NCBI GenBank assembly: GCA_965279375.1
Contig: OZ257156.1
Location: 4,128,001 to 4,192,000 of the forward strand
DNA from: Gemmatimonas sp.
GTDB taxonomy: Bacteria > Gemmatimonadota > Gemmatimonadetes > Gemmatimonadales > Gemmatimonadaceae
DNA: 64,000 nt
Direction of reading: 5' to 3'
A model generated the notes under the pieces. The model ran no database searches, had not been told where the DNA came from, and was given only the letters and a program-made list of their open reading frames with translations. Numbering within the stretch: the first letter of the stretch is position 1; each line of letters opens with the position of its first letter. Positions 40,119 through 50,589 of this stretch are shown in pieces. Position numbers and translations under genes: made by a program.

Positions 40119-40724
40119 ATGGCCCATGTCCTGCCGCCATTGCCCTACGCACCGGAAGCGCTCGAGCCGCATATCGACGCGCAGACGATGCAGATCCACC
40201 ATGGCAAGCATCATCAGGCGTACGTCACCAACCTGAACGCTGCCATCGAGAAGGCTCCAGAGCTCGCGTCGTGGTCGATCGACGAGCTGTGCAGCAGGAT
40301 CAACGACGTCCCGGAAGCTGTCCGTACGGCCGTGCGCAACAACGGCGGTGGACACTGGAATCACTCGCTCTTCTGGCGCCTCATGGCGCCGAACGCCGGT
40401 GGTGAGCCCACGGGCGAACTCGGCGAAGCGATTTCGTCCACGTTTGGCTCCTTCGACGGTTTCAAGACGCAGCTCGCCGCGGCGGGCGTTGGTCGTTTCG
40501 GTTCGGGCTGGGCGTGGCTCGTGTCCGCGGGCGGCGTGCTCTCGATCATGAGCACCCCCAACCAGGACAACCCGGCCATGGAAGGCAAGAAGGCGATCCT
40601 TGGCGTGGACGTCTGGGAGCACGCGTACTACCTCAAGTACCAGAATCGTCGCGCCGACTATCTCGCGGCGTGGTGGAACGTGGTCAACTGGCCGGAAGTC
40701 TCGAAGCTCTACAAGAACGGTTGA
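40119..40724 (+). CDS. sodA: Superoxide dismutase, probably Mn type
   Basis: [36 protein letters not shown]. Confidence 0.96.
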   Translation: MAHVLPPLPYAPEALEPHIDAQTMQIHHGKHHQAYVTNLNAAIEKAPELASWSIDELCSRINDVPEAVRTAVRNNGGGHWNHSLFWRLMAPNAGGEPTGELGEAISSTFGSFDGFKTQLAAAGVGRFGSGWAWLVSAGGVLSIMSTPNQDNPAMEGKKAILGVDVWEHAYYLKYQNRRADYLAAWWNVVNWPEVSKLYKNG

Positions 40725-40745
40725 TTCTCGTAGTTTCCGAATGAG

Positions 40746-40780
40746 AAACGGGCCCGACGCGAGTGCGTCGGGCCCGTTTT
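40746..40780. terminator. Bidirectional intrinsic terminator between sodA and the YIP1 gene
   Basis: AAACGGGCCCGACGC-GAGT-GCGTCGGGCCCGTTTT, a perfect 15 bp stem. Confidence 0.85.
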
Positions 40781-40799
40781 GTCTGCACTGGAGCGAGTG

Positions 40800-41516
40800 C
40801 TAGAACAGCGCCGACGGGGCAATCTGGAGCAGAGCGCCGATACCAAACATCACGATGGCGACGACGGCACCAGTTCCCTTGGAGGTACGGGAGACGACGG
40901 CGACGCCGATGGCCACCAGCGCCAACTGCCAGAAGCGAAAGACGTCGAGATTGCTGAGCAGCGTGAGAATGGCCGGCGGTGTGCTCACCGGATCAATGAA
41001 GCGCGCCGGTCCGAGCGAAAGATCGGCGAGACTGCGTGCTGATTCAGCATTGCTCAGCAACGCCTGCACGGGCAACGCGATCCAGCCGAGCACACGCGGC
41101 ACGCCAGCCAGTGTCGCAACCACCGCTGCCTGGCCAAAGGTGATGTTGGCCTTCACGATCTTCGCGCCGAGCAGAATGAACGCGGCGTTGAAGTACGGGC
41201 CGATCAGCATCGTAAGCGGCGCGCCGATCACGACGCCCCACGTGGTGAACGACCGCGTTGACGCAGCCGCGGCTTCCGGAATGGGTGTTCCCTTGGCTGC
41301 GGCAATCTTGAGAGTCACATCGGCCTGCGCGTCCAACCAGGGAAGCATCAGGTTCTTGGTTGCAATGGCGATGACGGCGACGAGGATCGCCGTGACCAGC
41401 ATGTACATGAACGCCTTTGCAGCCCGCGTCCGCTCGAACACGGCGGACGGCTGGTACAACACTTCGATCAGATCCTCAAATAGTCCGCCCCGACCAGCGG
41501 GCGCTTCGGACATCAT
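40800..41516 (-). CDS. YIP1-family membrane protein
   Basis: VLYQPSAVFE N-terminal motif, about 5 TM segments, LDVFRFW; coupled to speA. Confidence 0.72.
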   Translation of the reverse strand: MMSEAPAGRGGLFEDLIEVLYQPSAVFERTRAAKAFMYMLVTAILVAVIAIATKNLMLPWLDAQADVTLKIAAAKGTPIPEAAAASTRSFTTWGVVIGAPLTMLIGPYFNAAFILLGAKIVKANITFGQAAVVATLAGVPRVLGWIALPVQALLSNAESARSLADLSLGPARFIDPVSTPPAILTLLSNLDVFRFWQLALVAIGVAVVSRTSKGTGAVVAIVMFGIGALLQIAPSALF

Positions 41517-43477
41517 CGCGCGGCTTCTCCTTCGAGATAGGTGTAGCCTTCGAGACCTGCGACGTAGTCCGCGATGAAGGCATTCGCCTCCTCACGCGAC
41601 AACGACTGCGTCGCGTTGACTTTACGGCGGAAGGTGGCGAGAAGTTGCGAGGCGCCGAACTGCACGTAGTTGAGGACTTCCGTGACGGTGTCGCCTTCCA
41701 CGAGGTCGGTGATCTCGTAGGCGCCCGCGTCGTTGAGCCGCACATGCACCGCGTTGGTGTCGCCGAACAGGTTGTGCAGGTCGCCGAGGATTTCCTGATA
41801 GGCGCCGGTCAGGAAGATGCCGAGGATGTAGTCCTCGCCGTCGCGGAACTCGTGCATCTCGAGGCTCGGGCGTCCTTTCTTGTCGCCTACGAAGCGATCG
41901 ATCTTGCCGTCGGAGTCGCAGGTGACGTCCTGGAGCGTCCCGCGGCGCATCGGTTCTTCATCCAACCGATGAATCGGCATGATCGGGAAGAGCTGATCGA
42001 TGGCCCAGCTGTCCGGCAACGACTGGAACAGCGAGAAGTTGCAGAAGTAGCGATCGACGAGCGCAGCTTCCAGCTCGGGAAGGATGTCTTCGTACGTATC
42101 GGGATCGGCGGCGGCGATGCGATAGGTCGCATTCATCGTGGCGAGCCACAGCACTTCGGCCTTGGCCAGCCCGCGCAGGTCGAGCACGCCGCTATTGAAG
42201 TAGTTGCGCGCGCGGTCCTTGTCGAAGGAGGCGTCGTGGAATACCTCGAGCACCTTGCGCGGCTTCGCGCCACGCTCGGTCAGGGTGCGCCAGTCCTCGA
42301 ACATCTCGTGCAGCAGCGAGTGATCATCGTCGTCGAGCTGCGGCACCGGCTGCTCGGCCTGCGACTCCACGTCGATCACCTTCACGAGCAGCAGCGCGTG
42401 GTGCGCCGTGAGCGCGCGCCCCGATTCGCTGATGATGTGCGGCATCGGCAACTCTGCTTCGCGGCACGCTTCGGCGATCGTGTAAATCACGTCGTTGGCG
42501 TACTCCTGCGGCGTGTAGTTGACGCTGGCGTTGTTCGTCGAGCAGGTACCGTCATAGTCGATACCGAGACCGCCTCCGACATCGACGTGCGTGATATCGA
42601 CGCCCATGGCGCGCAGCTCCATGTAGAAGCGCGCGACTTCCTGCAGCCCCGACTTGATGAAGCGAATGTCGGTGATCTGACTGCCGAGATGGAAGTGAAT
42701 GAGCTTGAGCACATCGAGGCGGTTCTCCGCCTTCAGGCGATCGATCAGCTTGACGAGTTCGGCGGAGCTGAGGCCGAACTTGCTCTTCTCGCCGCCGCTC
42801 TGCGCCCAGCGACCAGCGCCTTCGCTGGCGAGCTTGATGCGCACGCCGCACACCGGGCGCACGCTGAGCTCGTCGGCGACCTCGAGCAACACGTCGAGCT
42901 CGCTCAGCTGCTCGAGCACGATGAACACGCGATGGCCAAGCTTCTGGCCCATCAGTGCCAACCGCATGAACTCGTGATCCTTATATCCGTTGCAGACGAT
43001 CAAATGCTCGGTCGTCTCGGACAGACCAAGCACCGCCTGGAGCTCGGGCTTGGAGCCGCACTCGAGGCCCACGCCATGCCGCTTGCCGAACTGCACGATC
43101 TCTTCGACGACGTGCCGCTGCTGATTCACCTTGATCGGATACACGGTCGTATAGCCGCCGGTGTACTCGAACTCCTTCATCGCCGCACTGAAGCGCTCGC
43201 TCAGCGTTTCGATGCGCGAGCGAAGAATGTCGGAGAAGCGCAGTAGCACAGGCAGTTGAATGCCCTGCTGCTCGAGGTCGCCTGCGAGATCCTTGAGATC
43301 GAGCTCGAGGTGCGGACGCTCCGGATCCGGGCGCACGACGACATTGCCGCGTGCGTTGATGTCGAAGTAGCCGGCACCCCAGCCTTCGATGTTGTAGAGG
43401 GCGCGAGCTGCCTCGATGGTCCAGGCGGCGGGCGCTGGCGCGGGCACTTCGATGATCGGAGCGATTCTGGTAGCCAT
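41513..43477 (-). CDS. speA: Biosynthetic arginine decarboxylase
   Basis: YPIKVNQQ (PLP Lys), HFHLGSQI, DVGGGLG, ESGRA, SLPDSWAIDQLFP, TCDSDG, GAYQEILGDLHNLFG; ATG at 43477. Confidence 0.96.
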   Translation of the reverse strand: MATRIAPIIEVPAPAPAAWTIEAARALYNIEGWGAGYFDINARGNVVVRPDPERPHLELDLKDLAGDLEQQGIQLPVLLRFSDILRSRIETLSERFSAAMKEFEYTGGYTTVYPIKVNQQRHVVEEIVQFGKRHGVGLECGSKPELQAVLGLSETTEHLIVCNGYKDHEFMRLALMGQKLGHRVFIVLEQLSELDVLLEVADELSVRPVCGVRIKLASEGAGRWAQSGGEKSKFGLSSAELVKLIDRLKAENRLDVLKLIHFHLGSQITDIRFIKSGLQEVARFYMELRAMGVDITHVDVGGGLGIDYDGTCSTNNASVNYTPQEYANDVIYTIAEACREAELPMPHIISESGRALTAHHALLLVKVIDVESQAEQPVPQLDDDDHSLLHEMFEDWRTLTERGAKPRKVLEVFHDASFDKDRARNYFNSGVLDLRGLAKAEVLWLATMNATYRIAAADPDTYEDILPELEAALVDRYFCNFSLFQSLPDSWAIDQLFPIMPIHRLDEEPMRRGTLQDVTCDSDGKIDRFVGDKKGRPSLEMHEFRDGEDYILGIFLTGAYQEILGDLHNLFGDTNAVHVRLNDAGAYEITDLVEGDTVTEVLNYVQFGASQLLATFRRKVNATQSLSREEANAFIADYVAGLEGYTYLEGEAAR

Positions 43478-43512
43478 GGCGTCCAAAGTTAGGGGATGCG
43501 TTAGCTTTCCGC

Positions 43513-44667
43513 ATGGACCCATACGTGATCGCTGCGGCGGCAAAGATGGGGAACGTGATCGAATCGGTACTTGCGGCCCTGCGACCGGGACGTGACGGGC
43601 CAACCGCCAAGGCGCTGCGCGTCATTCCGTACCGAAGCATTGGCGATCCAATGCGGCTCAGCGTTCGAGGTCGCGTGGTGCGGCAGGCGCCCACCAACCC
43701 TCGCCGCCTCGCGCGCAAAGGTGCCGTCACGACACGGGAACACCTTGCGGCACTCTACCGCGCATTCGATGCAATCGAAGTGCCGTTCGCGCAGGTGGAA
43801 GCACGCTGCGGGAGCGTTTGCAGCCGAACGACCTGCGACGCGGGCGGCTTCTTCGTGGTCGAGCTATCAGCGCCACGCGGAGGTGAGTGGGCAGCCGGTC
43901 GGCATCATGCACACGTGCACGTGGCCGACCTCGGTCCGACGGCCACCTCCATCGACCACGCGGCGACGCCGTCGGATGAGGCCACGGTGGATGTCTTCGT
44001 GCCGGGCGCGCACTCCACGCTGGCGATCGTGAGCGATCTGGACGACACGGCGATGGACACGAACACGGTGAACACGCTCTCCGCGGTTCGCACCGTACTG
44101 CTCCGCAGCGCCAAGCGTCGCCATCCGGTGCCCGGCGTGTCGTCGCTCTACATCGCGCTGCGTGACGGCCCGGGTGGCGACGATGCGAACCCCGTTTGCT
44201 ACATCTCGAGCGGTGCGTGGAATCTCTACGACGTCGTGCTCGACTACCTCGACACGCACGGACTCCCGGCAGGAGCGATTCTGCTGAATGACTGGGGCTC
44301 TCGCGAACGCACCTTTCATCCGGTGGGACACGCGCACAAGAGCGCGCACGTCACCTCGCTGATGGCGCGTTTGCCCTCGCTGCCCTTCCTGCTGATCGGC
44401 GACGATGTGCAGGAGGATCCGGAGCTCTACGCCGCCGTTGCGCGCGAACACCCGGGCCGCGTACCGGCGATCTGGATTCGCGAGGTGCGCGGCGGCGACG
44501 ATCGGCACGAGCGCATGGAGCGACTCCGTGCAGGATTGGCGCAGGTCGGCACCGATCTGGTGACGGCAGAGGACACGGCGACGTTCGCGGTCGACGCCGC
44601 GCGTCGTGGTTGGCTGCCACACGAACTGGCAGCCCAGTGGCCGCGGCTGGCGATCGGCGAGAGCTGA
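43513..44667 (+). CDS. App1-family phosphatidate phosphatase-like protein (DUF2183)
   Basis: IVSDLDDT HAD motif, YISSGAWNLY, LIGDDVQEDPELY. Confidence 0.82.
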   Translation: MDPYVIAAAAKMGNVIESVLAALRPGRDGPTAKALRVIPYRSIGDPMRLSVRGRVVRQAPTNPRRLARKGAVTTREHLAALYRAFDAIEVPFAQVEARCGSVCSRTTCDAGGFFVVELSAPRGGEWAAGRHHAHVHVADLGPTATSIDHAATPSDEATVDVFVPGAHSTLAIVSDLDDTAMDTNTVNTLSAVRTVLLRSAKRRHPVPGVSSLYIALRDGPGGDDANPVCYISSGAWNLYDVVLDYLDTHGLPAGAILLNDWGSRERTFHPVGHAHKSAHVTSLMARLPSLPFLLIGDDVQEDPELYAAVAREHPGRVPAIWIREVRGGDDRHERMERLRAGLAQVGTDLVTAEDTATFAVDAARRGWLPHELAAQWPRLAIGES

Positions 44668-44701
44668 CCGACCACCAGCGCGACCGCAGGACCTGTTGCG
44701 G

Positions 44702-45490
44702 TTAGTTATCGCCGTCCAGCAGACCGCCGATACCACCCAACAAGGACCCTTCCTCGCGACGACCACCACCTGCGCGCGGCGACGCGGCGATGATGCGGTC
44801 AGCGAGACGCGAGAACGGCAGCGTCTGCAGAATCACGCGACCGGGTCCCGTCAGCTTTGCGAAGAACAGGCCTTCGCCGCCGAAGAGCGCGGTCTTGATG
44901 CCCGGCACGCGCTGGATGTCGTACTGCACCGTCGGCTGAAACGCGACAAGGCAGCCAGTGTCCGCGCGCAGCACTTCGCCGGGGGCCAGATCGACCGCGT
45001 GCAGCGTGCCCGACGCGTGCAGAAACGCGAGACCGTCGCCGGTCAGCTTCTGCAGGATGAAGCCTTCACCGCCAAAGAAACCCGCGCCGAACTTGCGCGT
45101 GAAGGCGACGGAAATGTCGATGCCGCGCGCGGCGCAGAGGAAGCTGTCCTTCTGCGCCATCACGGTGCCGCCCCAGTCCTTGAGGTTGAGCGGAAGAATC
45201 TTGCCCGGATACGGCGCAGCGAACGCGACATCCGCGCGGCGTGCGCCTTCGTTGCCGAAGAGCGTCACGAAGAACGAATCGCCGGCCAGTACGCGCTTGC
45301 CAGCACCGACCAGCTTGTCGAACAACGAACCCGATCGCGCATTCGGATCGAGCGTGGTGGCCATCGTGATGCCTTCCCTCATGAACATCATGCCGCCGGC
45401 TTCGGCGAACACCGCCTCGCCCGGGTCCAGCGTGATGATCACCGCCTGCAGGTCATCGCCAATGATTTGGTAGTCGATTTCGTCAGCCAT
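44702..45490 (-). CDS. TIGR00266/AIM24 family protein
   Basis: AEAGGM, FFGGEGFILQKL, VAFQPTVQYDI, FGGEGLF, GPGRVILQTLP; ATG overlaps the S9 stop. Confidence 0.9.
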   Translation of the reverse strand: MADEIDYQIIGDDLQAVIITLDPGEAVFAEAGGMMFMREGITMATTLDPNARSGSLFDKLVGAGKRVLAGDSFFVTLFGNEGARRADVAFAAPYPGKILPLNLKDWGGTVMAQKDSFLCAARGIDISVAFTRKFGAGFFGGEGFILQKLTGDGLAFLHASGTLHAVDLAPGEVLRADTGCLVAFQPTVQYDIQRVPGIKTALFGGEGLFFAKLTGPGRVILQTLPFSRLADRIIAASPRAGGGRREEGSLLGGIGGLLDGDN

Positions 45491-48474
45491 CACTTTGCTC
45501 CGTTGGGACGTCCGGACGTGGAGGAACCGGAATTCGGGGTCGTCGGGGTGGTTGGTGCGCCGGTCATCTTCACCTGATCGCGTCCCTTCTCGAGGAACGG
45601 GATGCCGCGCACCATCCAAGACGCGGGTTGGGCCCCCAGAAGTTTCGTCGCGAAGAAGTCCTGCATCTTCCGATCGATGTCCTTCTGGTTGGCGCGCTTG
45701 GTCGGGTTATGCTCGTCGCCGTTGTACACGACCATGTACGCCTCCTTCTGCAGGCGACGCATCGCGACGTAGAACTCGATGCCCTGGTACCATGGCACCG
45801 CGCCGTCGTTGTCGTTGGCCATGAACAGCACTGGCGTCGTCACGCGGTCGAGACGGAACAGCGGCGAGTTCTCGACATAGCGCTCCGGATACTGCCAGAG
45901 CGATCCGCCAATCCGGCTCTGCGTGTGCTCGTACTGAAACGACCGCGCGATGCCCGACTGCCAGCGAATGCCGCCATACGCGCTCGTCATGTTCACCACC
46001 GTCGCATTCGGCACGGCCGCCGCGAACATGTTGGTCACCGTAACGAGATACGCCGTCTGGTAGCCACCCCACGACTGACCAGTAATGCCGAGCCGCTTGG
46101 GATCCACAAAACCCTTGGCGATCAACGACTGCACGCCGGGAATGATCGCCTTGGCCGCGCTCGGTCCTGGCTGCCCATCGGTGTAGACGATGTCGGGCAT
46201 GAAGACGAGGTAGCCGAGCGCGTTGTAGACCATCGGGCTGACGACGTTGCGTCCCGTGGGCGCGGAGTAGTTGTGCAATCCGTCCGACAACTTCTCGTAG
46301 TAGTACGTCACCATCGGGTACTGCTTGCTCGCGTCAAAGCCTTCCGGCTTGTACAGCAATCCCTGCAGCGGCACGCCGTCGGTGTTGAGCCACGACACCA
46401 GCTCCACCGTGCCACGCGGGTACTGCGACTCCTGCGGGTTGGCGTTCGAGATCTGCGCCACCTGCGTGAGCGAGTTGCCCGTCCACAGATTCGGGAACTC
46501 GCGATACGTCTGCTGCGTCATCAGGTACTGCTCGGCCTTGCGCGCCTTCTGCAGCGCACCGTAGTTGCGCGCGGCCATGATGATGCGCTCCGGCTTCGCA
46601 TCGACGCCCACGCGATCGCGCCAGTAGCCGCTGTTCTTCGTCGCGTCTTCCACCACGCGCAGCAACACGGGCTGCGTGGGATCGACGAATCGATCTTCGG
46701 GATCGAGGTCGACCACGCGCATCGTCTGCGCGAGACGACGGCCTTCGCCATCGGTCATGTTGCGCGGAGCCACGACGCCGCTCGGATCGATCTCCCACAC
46801 GTCGTAGCGATCGTACACCAGCACGCGCTTCTCACCCGTCGTCCAGCCGGCGATGCCGTACGGTGGCGGCACGTCGGGCGAATCGAACTCCTCGTCCTGG
46901 AACTTCACATCCTTGATCGCGGCGGTGAGACTCGACTTCTTGCCCGTCGCCGTGGCGTACGCGTTCCACTGTCCGTCCTGGAACCACGTGACGTAACTGC
47001 CGCCCGGCGAGAGCTGCGCACCGAAGTCCACTTTCTTGGCAATCAGCGTGCGCACACCGCTGTTGGCGTCGATCAGATAGACATCGCTGCCACCTTCGCC
47101 CCACATCTGCTCGACGGCGTACTCCACCGGGTTGGTCGCGAGCGCGCGACGGCCGTCGTCGCTGACGGTGACCTGCTGCAGCGAATCGCTGCCCAGCTTC
47201 ACCCACTTGCTGCTCGCGATCTGATAAATGGCGAGCTGTGTGCGATTGCGATCGCGCGCCGCTTCCACTTTCTGCTGCGGCTGAATCTTCGTGTCTTTCC
47301 AGTGCCACAGGTCGTACACAGCCTTGTCGGCCAACGAGTCCGCGGGAATGGAATCGAATGGAATGTTGCCGAGCGAGAAGAGCACCGCATTGCCGTCGCG
47401 CGTGAAGTCCACGCGACCACGTTCGGCGATGAGCATCCCGGCCGGCGCTTCCGTTGCCGCGACGATGCGCTTGGCGGCGACGGACTTGCCCTTGGCCGGC
47501 ACCAGTCCGGCGTGATACACCGAGTAGCGCGCTCGCGACGTCGAGTCACCCGCGTCGGTGAGGAAGACCACCTGATCGCCCTTTCGATCGAACGTCATGC
47601 CGCGATAGGTGCCCTTCGCGGTCATCAGCGTCGTCACCGCGCCGCTGGGCAGCGCACGCACATACACACCGTCGGTTGCGCCGTCGCGTGAGCCGACGGT
47701 GTAGCCCAACCACTTCTCGCTTTCGTCGAACGCGTAGTTGGTCACGCCTTCGATGCGCGTTTCGGTGCCGGTCGCCAATTCACGCAGGACGAGTGTCGTG
47801 CCGACATCGCGACGCGGAGCCGGCGTACGCGCCGAGTCACGCGGTGCGGGAGTCGGACGCGCGGCCGCGGAATCTTCCATCAGGTACGCGAGGTACCGAC
47901 CGCCGTTGCGTGCAAAGCGGAACGATCGAACGCGAGGCACCCGCGTCACCTTGCCATCGTTCACATCCAGCAACCCCAACGTCAGCGACGGCGCCGGGGT
48001 CCCGCGGCGTCCTCTTGCGCGCTCGAACTCGGCGCGGGGCGCGTACTGCACGAATGCGACGAATCGTCCGTCGGCGCTGAACTGTGCCGCCTGCGCGGTG
48101 AAGAGCGCGGCGGAGTCGGCCGCAGGCATGAGCTGCGGACGACCCGTGTAACCGCGCGGCGCGCGATATTCCGTCGCAGTGCCGGTGCTGCGTACCACCA
48201 GCTCACCGTCGCCGACGACCGGCGTGAGCGTGTATGCGGCCCACTTGCCGTCGCTCGAGAGCGTCGCGCCCTGAATGCTGCGCCATTCGTCGTACGTGTC
48301 CTGCGTGATCGCCTTCTTGCCGGCGGGCAACGTGACCGTCCACGGCGTGACTTTCGTGTACGGGTTGGCGACGGGCGTCGCCGTTTGCGCGGCGAGCGAC
48401 GGTGGGAGCGCGAGGATCGCGCCGGCCAGCATCGGGGCGAGCGCGAAGGCGCGATGGGTCAAAGCAGTGCGCAT
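45490..48474 (-). CDS. Secreted S9-family (prolyl oligopeptidase/acylaminoacyl) peptidase
   Basis: Signal peptide, beta-propeller region, catalytic triad GQSWGGY / DGAV / DEHN. Confidence 0.92.
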   Translation of the reverse strand: MRTALTHRAFALAPMLAGAILALPPSLAAQTATPVANPYTKVTPWTVTLPAGKKAITQDTYDEWRSIQGATLSSDGKWAAYTLTPVVGDGELVVRSTGTATEYRAPRGYTGRPQLMPAADSAALFTAQAAQFSADGRFVAFVQYAPRAEFERARGRRGTPAPSLTLGLLDVNDGKVTRVPRVRSFRFARNGGRYLAYLMEDSAAARPTPAPRDSARTPAPRRDVGTTLVLRELATGTETRIEGVTNYAFDESEKWLGYTVGSRDGATDGVYVRALPSGAVTTLMTAKGTYRGMTFDRKGDQVVFLTDAGDSTSRARYSVYHAGLVPAKGKSVAAKRIVAATEAPAGMLIAERGRVDFTRDGNAVLFSLGNIPFDSIPADSLADKAVYDLWHWKDTKIQPQQKVEAARDRNRTQLAIYQIASSKWVKLGSDSLQQVTVSDDGRRALATNPVEYAVEQMWGEGGSDVYLIDANSGVRTLIAKKVDFGAQLSPGGSYVTWFQDGQWNAYATATGKKSSLTAAIKDVKFQDEEFDSPDVPPPYGIAGWTTGEKRVLVYDRYDVWEIDPSGVVAPRNMTDGEGRRLAQTMRVVDLDPEDRFVDPTQPVLLRVVEDATKNSGYWRDRVGVDAKPERIIMAARNYGALQKARKAEQYLMTQQTYREFPNLWTGNSLTQVAQISNANPQESQYPRGTVELVSWLNTDGVPLQGLLYKPEGFDASKQYPMVTYYYEKLSDGLHNYSAPTGRNVVSPMVYNALGYLVFMPDIVYTDGQPGPSAAKAIIPGVQSLIAKGFVDPKRLGITGQSWGGYQTAYLVTVTNMFAAAVPNATVVNMTSAYGGIRWQSGIARSFQYEHTQSRIGGSLWQYPERYVENSPLFRLDRVTTPVLFMANDNDGAVPWYQGIEFYVAMRRLQKEAYMVVYNGDEHNPTKRANQKDIDRKMQDFFATKLLGAQPASWMVRGIPFLEKGRDQVKMTGAPTTPTTPNSGSSTSGRPNGAK

Positions 48475-48592
48475 TGGACGCGGAGCAGAAGGTGTGTCGG
48501 ACTGGTCGGGCCGAGCGCGTGGCCCCAACTTGGGGCAGCGGGAAACCGACGGGATAGACTAACGTCACGGCTGAAGCCGCGTGAGGGATTCG

Positions 48593-49180
48593 ATGGGAAG
48601 ACTGCTGGGCTATTTCGCGCGCGGCCTCGTGCTGCTGACGCCGATCGCCGTGACGATCTGGATCTGCTGGAACGTCTTCACGCGTGTGGACGGATGGCTC
48701 GGCTTGCCGATCCCCGGTGCCGGGTTCGTGGCCACGCTGGTGCTGATCACGCTGGTCGGCTTTCTGGGCTCGAATCTCCTCACGCGGTCGGCGGTGGGAC
48801 TGCTCGAGAACGCGATGTCGCGGCTCCCGTTCGTGCGGCTGCTCTATGGCTCTACGAAGGACCTGCTCAATGCGTTCGTCGGCGAGAAGCGACGCTTCGA
48901 CAAGCCGGTCATCATGGCGCTGCAGGCGGACGGCATGGCCCAGCTGGTGGGCTTCGTGACGCAGGAGACGCTCGATCACCTCGGGCTCGTGCGGCATGTC
49001 GCGGTCTACTGCCCGCATTCGTACAATTTCTCCGGTCAGCTCTACGTGGTGCCCGCGTCGCAAGTACGACCGCTGGACGTGGCCAGCGCCGACGCGATGG
49101 CATTCGTCGTCTCGGGTGGCGTCTCAGGGCTCGTGCCCGCGGCGCAGTCGACCGGCGAGTTCGCCGCCGTGAAGCCCTGA
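48593..49180 (+). CDS. DUF502 membrane protein
   Basis: GLVLLTPIAVT, RLPFVRLLYGSTKD, VGFVT, AMAFVVSGG; GAGGGA RBS before ATG 48593. Confidence 0.85.
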   Translation: MGRLLGYFARGLVLLTPIAVTIWICWNVFTRVDGWLGLPIPGAGFVATLVLITLVGFLGSNLLTRSAVGLLENAMSRLPFVRLLYGSTKDLLNAFVGEKRRFDKPVIMALQADGMAQLVGFVTQETLDHLGLVRHVAVYCPHSYNFSGQLYVVPASQVRPLDVASADAMAFVVSGGVSGLVPAAQSTGEFAAVKP

Positions 49181-49213
49181 TCATCCGACATCACCTCTCT
49201 CCCGCACCTCTGC

Positions 49214-50578
49214 ATGCGCTTCACGACCCGGCTCACGATGCGCTCCATTCGTTCGCAACTTCCGCGGCAGCTCGCTGCCCTCTCCGCGCTGGTCGCTGGC
49301 CTCTCCACCGCAGCGACGGCCCAGCAGCCTGCGCAACAGGCAGGGCAGCAGGCACCGGCGCCACGCGCGATGCTGCTGGTGCCCGACGCCGTGTTCGATG
49401 GCACCGGCGATACGCCGCAGCGCGGCTGGGGCGTGCTGGTGCGCGGCGCGCGCATTGTGGCGGTGGGTCCGGTGGCCGGCCTCAATGCGCCCGCGGATGT
49501 CGAACGCATCACGCTCAGCGGCACGACGTTGCTGCCGGGATTGAGCGATCTGCACAGCCACGTGCTGCTGCACCCATACGACGAAACGGCGTGGAACGAT
49601 CAGGTCCTGCGTGAGTCGCTCGCACTGCGCACGGCGCGCGCCGTGAATCATCTGCGCGCCACGCTCATGGCCGGCTTTACCGTACTGCGCGACCTGGGGA
49701 CCGAAGGAGCGGCCTACGCGGACGTTGGGCTCAAGGAAGCGGTCGATCAGGGGATCGTACCGGGACCACGACTGTTCGTGACCACCAAGGCGATTGTGGC
49801 GACCGGTTCGTACGGCCCCAAGGGCTTCGGTGCGGAGATTGGCGTGCCGCAGGGCGCCGAAGAGGCCGACGGCGTCGAAGGCGTGACGCGTGTGGTGCGC
49901 GACCAGATCGCGCACGGCGCCGACTGGATCAAGATCTACGCCGACTATCGCTGGGGACCGCGCGGCGAAGCGCGTCCGACGTTCTCCGATGCCGAGTGGA
50001 AGGCGATCGTGGAAGCGGCCAGTTCTAGTGGGCGTCCCGTCGTCGCGCATTCGAGCACTGTGGAGGGGATGCGTCGCAGCATCATGGCGGGCGTGGAGAC
50101 GATCGAGCACGGCGACATGGCAACCGCTGAAACGTTCGCGCTGATGAAGCAGCACGGCGTCGCGTTCTGCCCCACGCTCGCGGCGACGGAGTCGACCACG
50201 CGCTACCGCGGCTGGAAGAAGGGCGTGGATCCCGAACCCGCGGGCATCGCGCAGAAGAAGGCGATGTTCAAGTTGGCACTCGCGTCTGGTGTGACGATCT
50301 GCAACGGCAGTGACGTGGGCGTCTTCACGCATGGCACGAACGCCATCGAGTTGGAGCTGATGGTGGAGTACGGCATGTCGCCAGCGTCCGCGCTGCGCGC
50401 CGCAACCAGCGTGAATGCGAAGATCATGCATCGCGAGAACGAGTTCGGTCGCGTGGCCCCGGGGCTGCTCGCCGACCTGGTGGCCGTGCAGGGCGATCCG
50501 ACCAAGGCGATCGCGCAGCTGCGTCAGGTGAAGTTCGTGATGAAGAACGGGCAGGTCGTGCGGCGCGACACCAACTGA
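49214..50578 (+). CDS. Secreted amidohydrolase (Xaa-Pro dipeptidase-like)
   Basis: Signal peptide; LLPGLSDLHSH, GFTVLRDLG, WIKIY, VAH, IEHG, NGSD, ADLVAVQGDP. Confidence 0.9.
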   Translation: MRFTTRLTMRSIRSQLPRQLAALSALVAGLSTAATAQQPAQQAGQQAPAPRAMLLVPDAVFDGTGDTPQRGWGVLVRGARIVAVGPVAGLNAPADVERITLSGTTLLPGLSDLHSHVLLHPYDETAWNDQVLRESLALRTARAVNHLRATLMAGFTVLRDLGTEGAAYADVGLKEAVDQGIVPGPRLFVTTKAIVATGSYGPKGFGAEIGVPQGAEEADGVEGVTRVVRDQIAHGADWIKIYADYRWGPRGEARPTFSDAEWKAIVEAASSSGRPVVAHSSTVEGMRRSIMAGVETIEHGDMATAETFALMKQHGVAFCPTLAATESTTRYRGWKKGVDPEPAGIAQKKAMFKLALASGVTICNGSDVGVFTHGTNAIELELMVEYGMSPASALRAATSVNAKIMHRENEFGRVAPGLLADLVAVQGDPTKAIAQLRQVKFVMKNGQVVRRDTN

Positions 50579-50589
50579 CCACGGCGGCA

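Noticed and set aside
45628..47691. 687 aa plus-strand ORF (also 41417-43246 and 59093-61078)
   Set aside because: Shadow ORFs of the S9 peptidase, speA and M3B genes.
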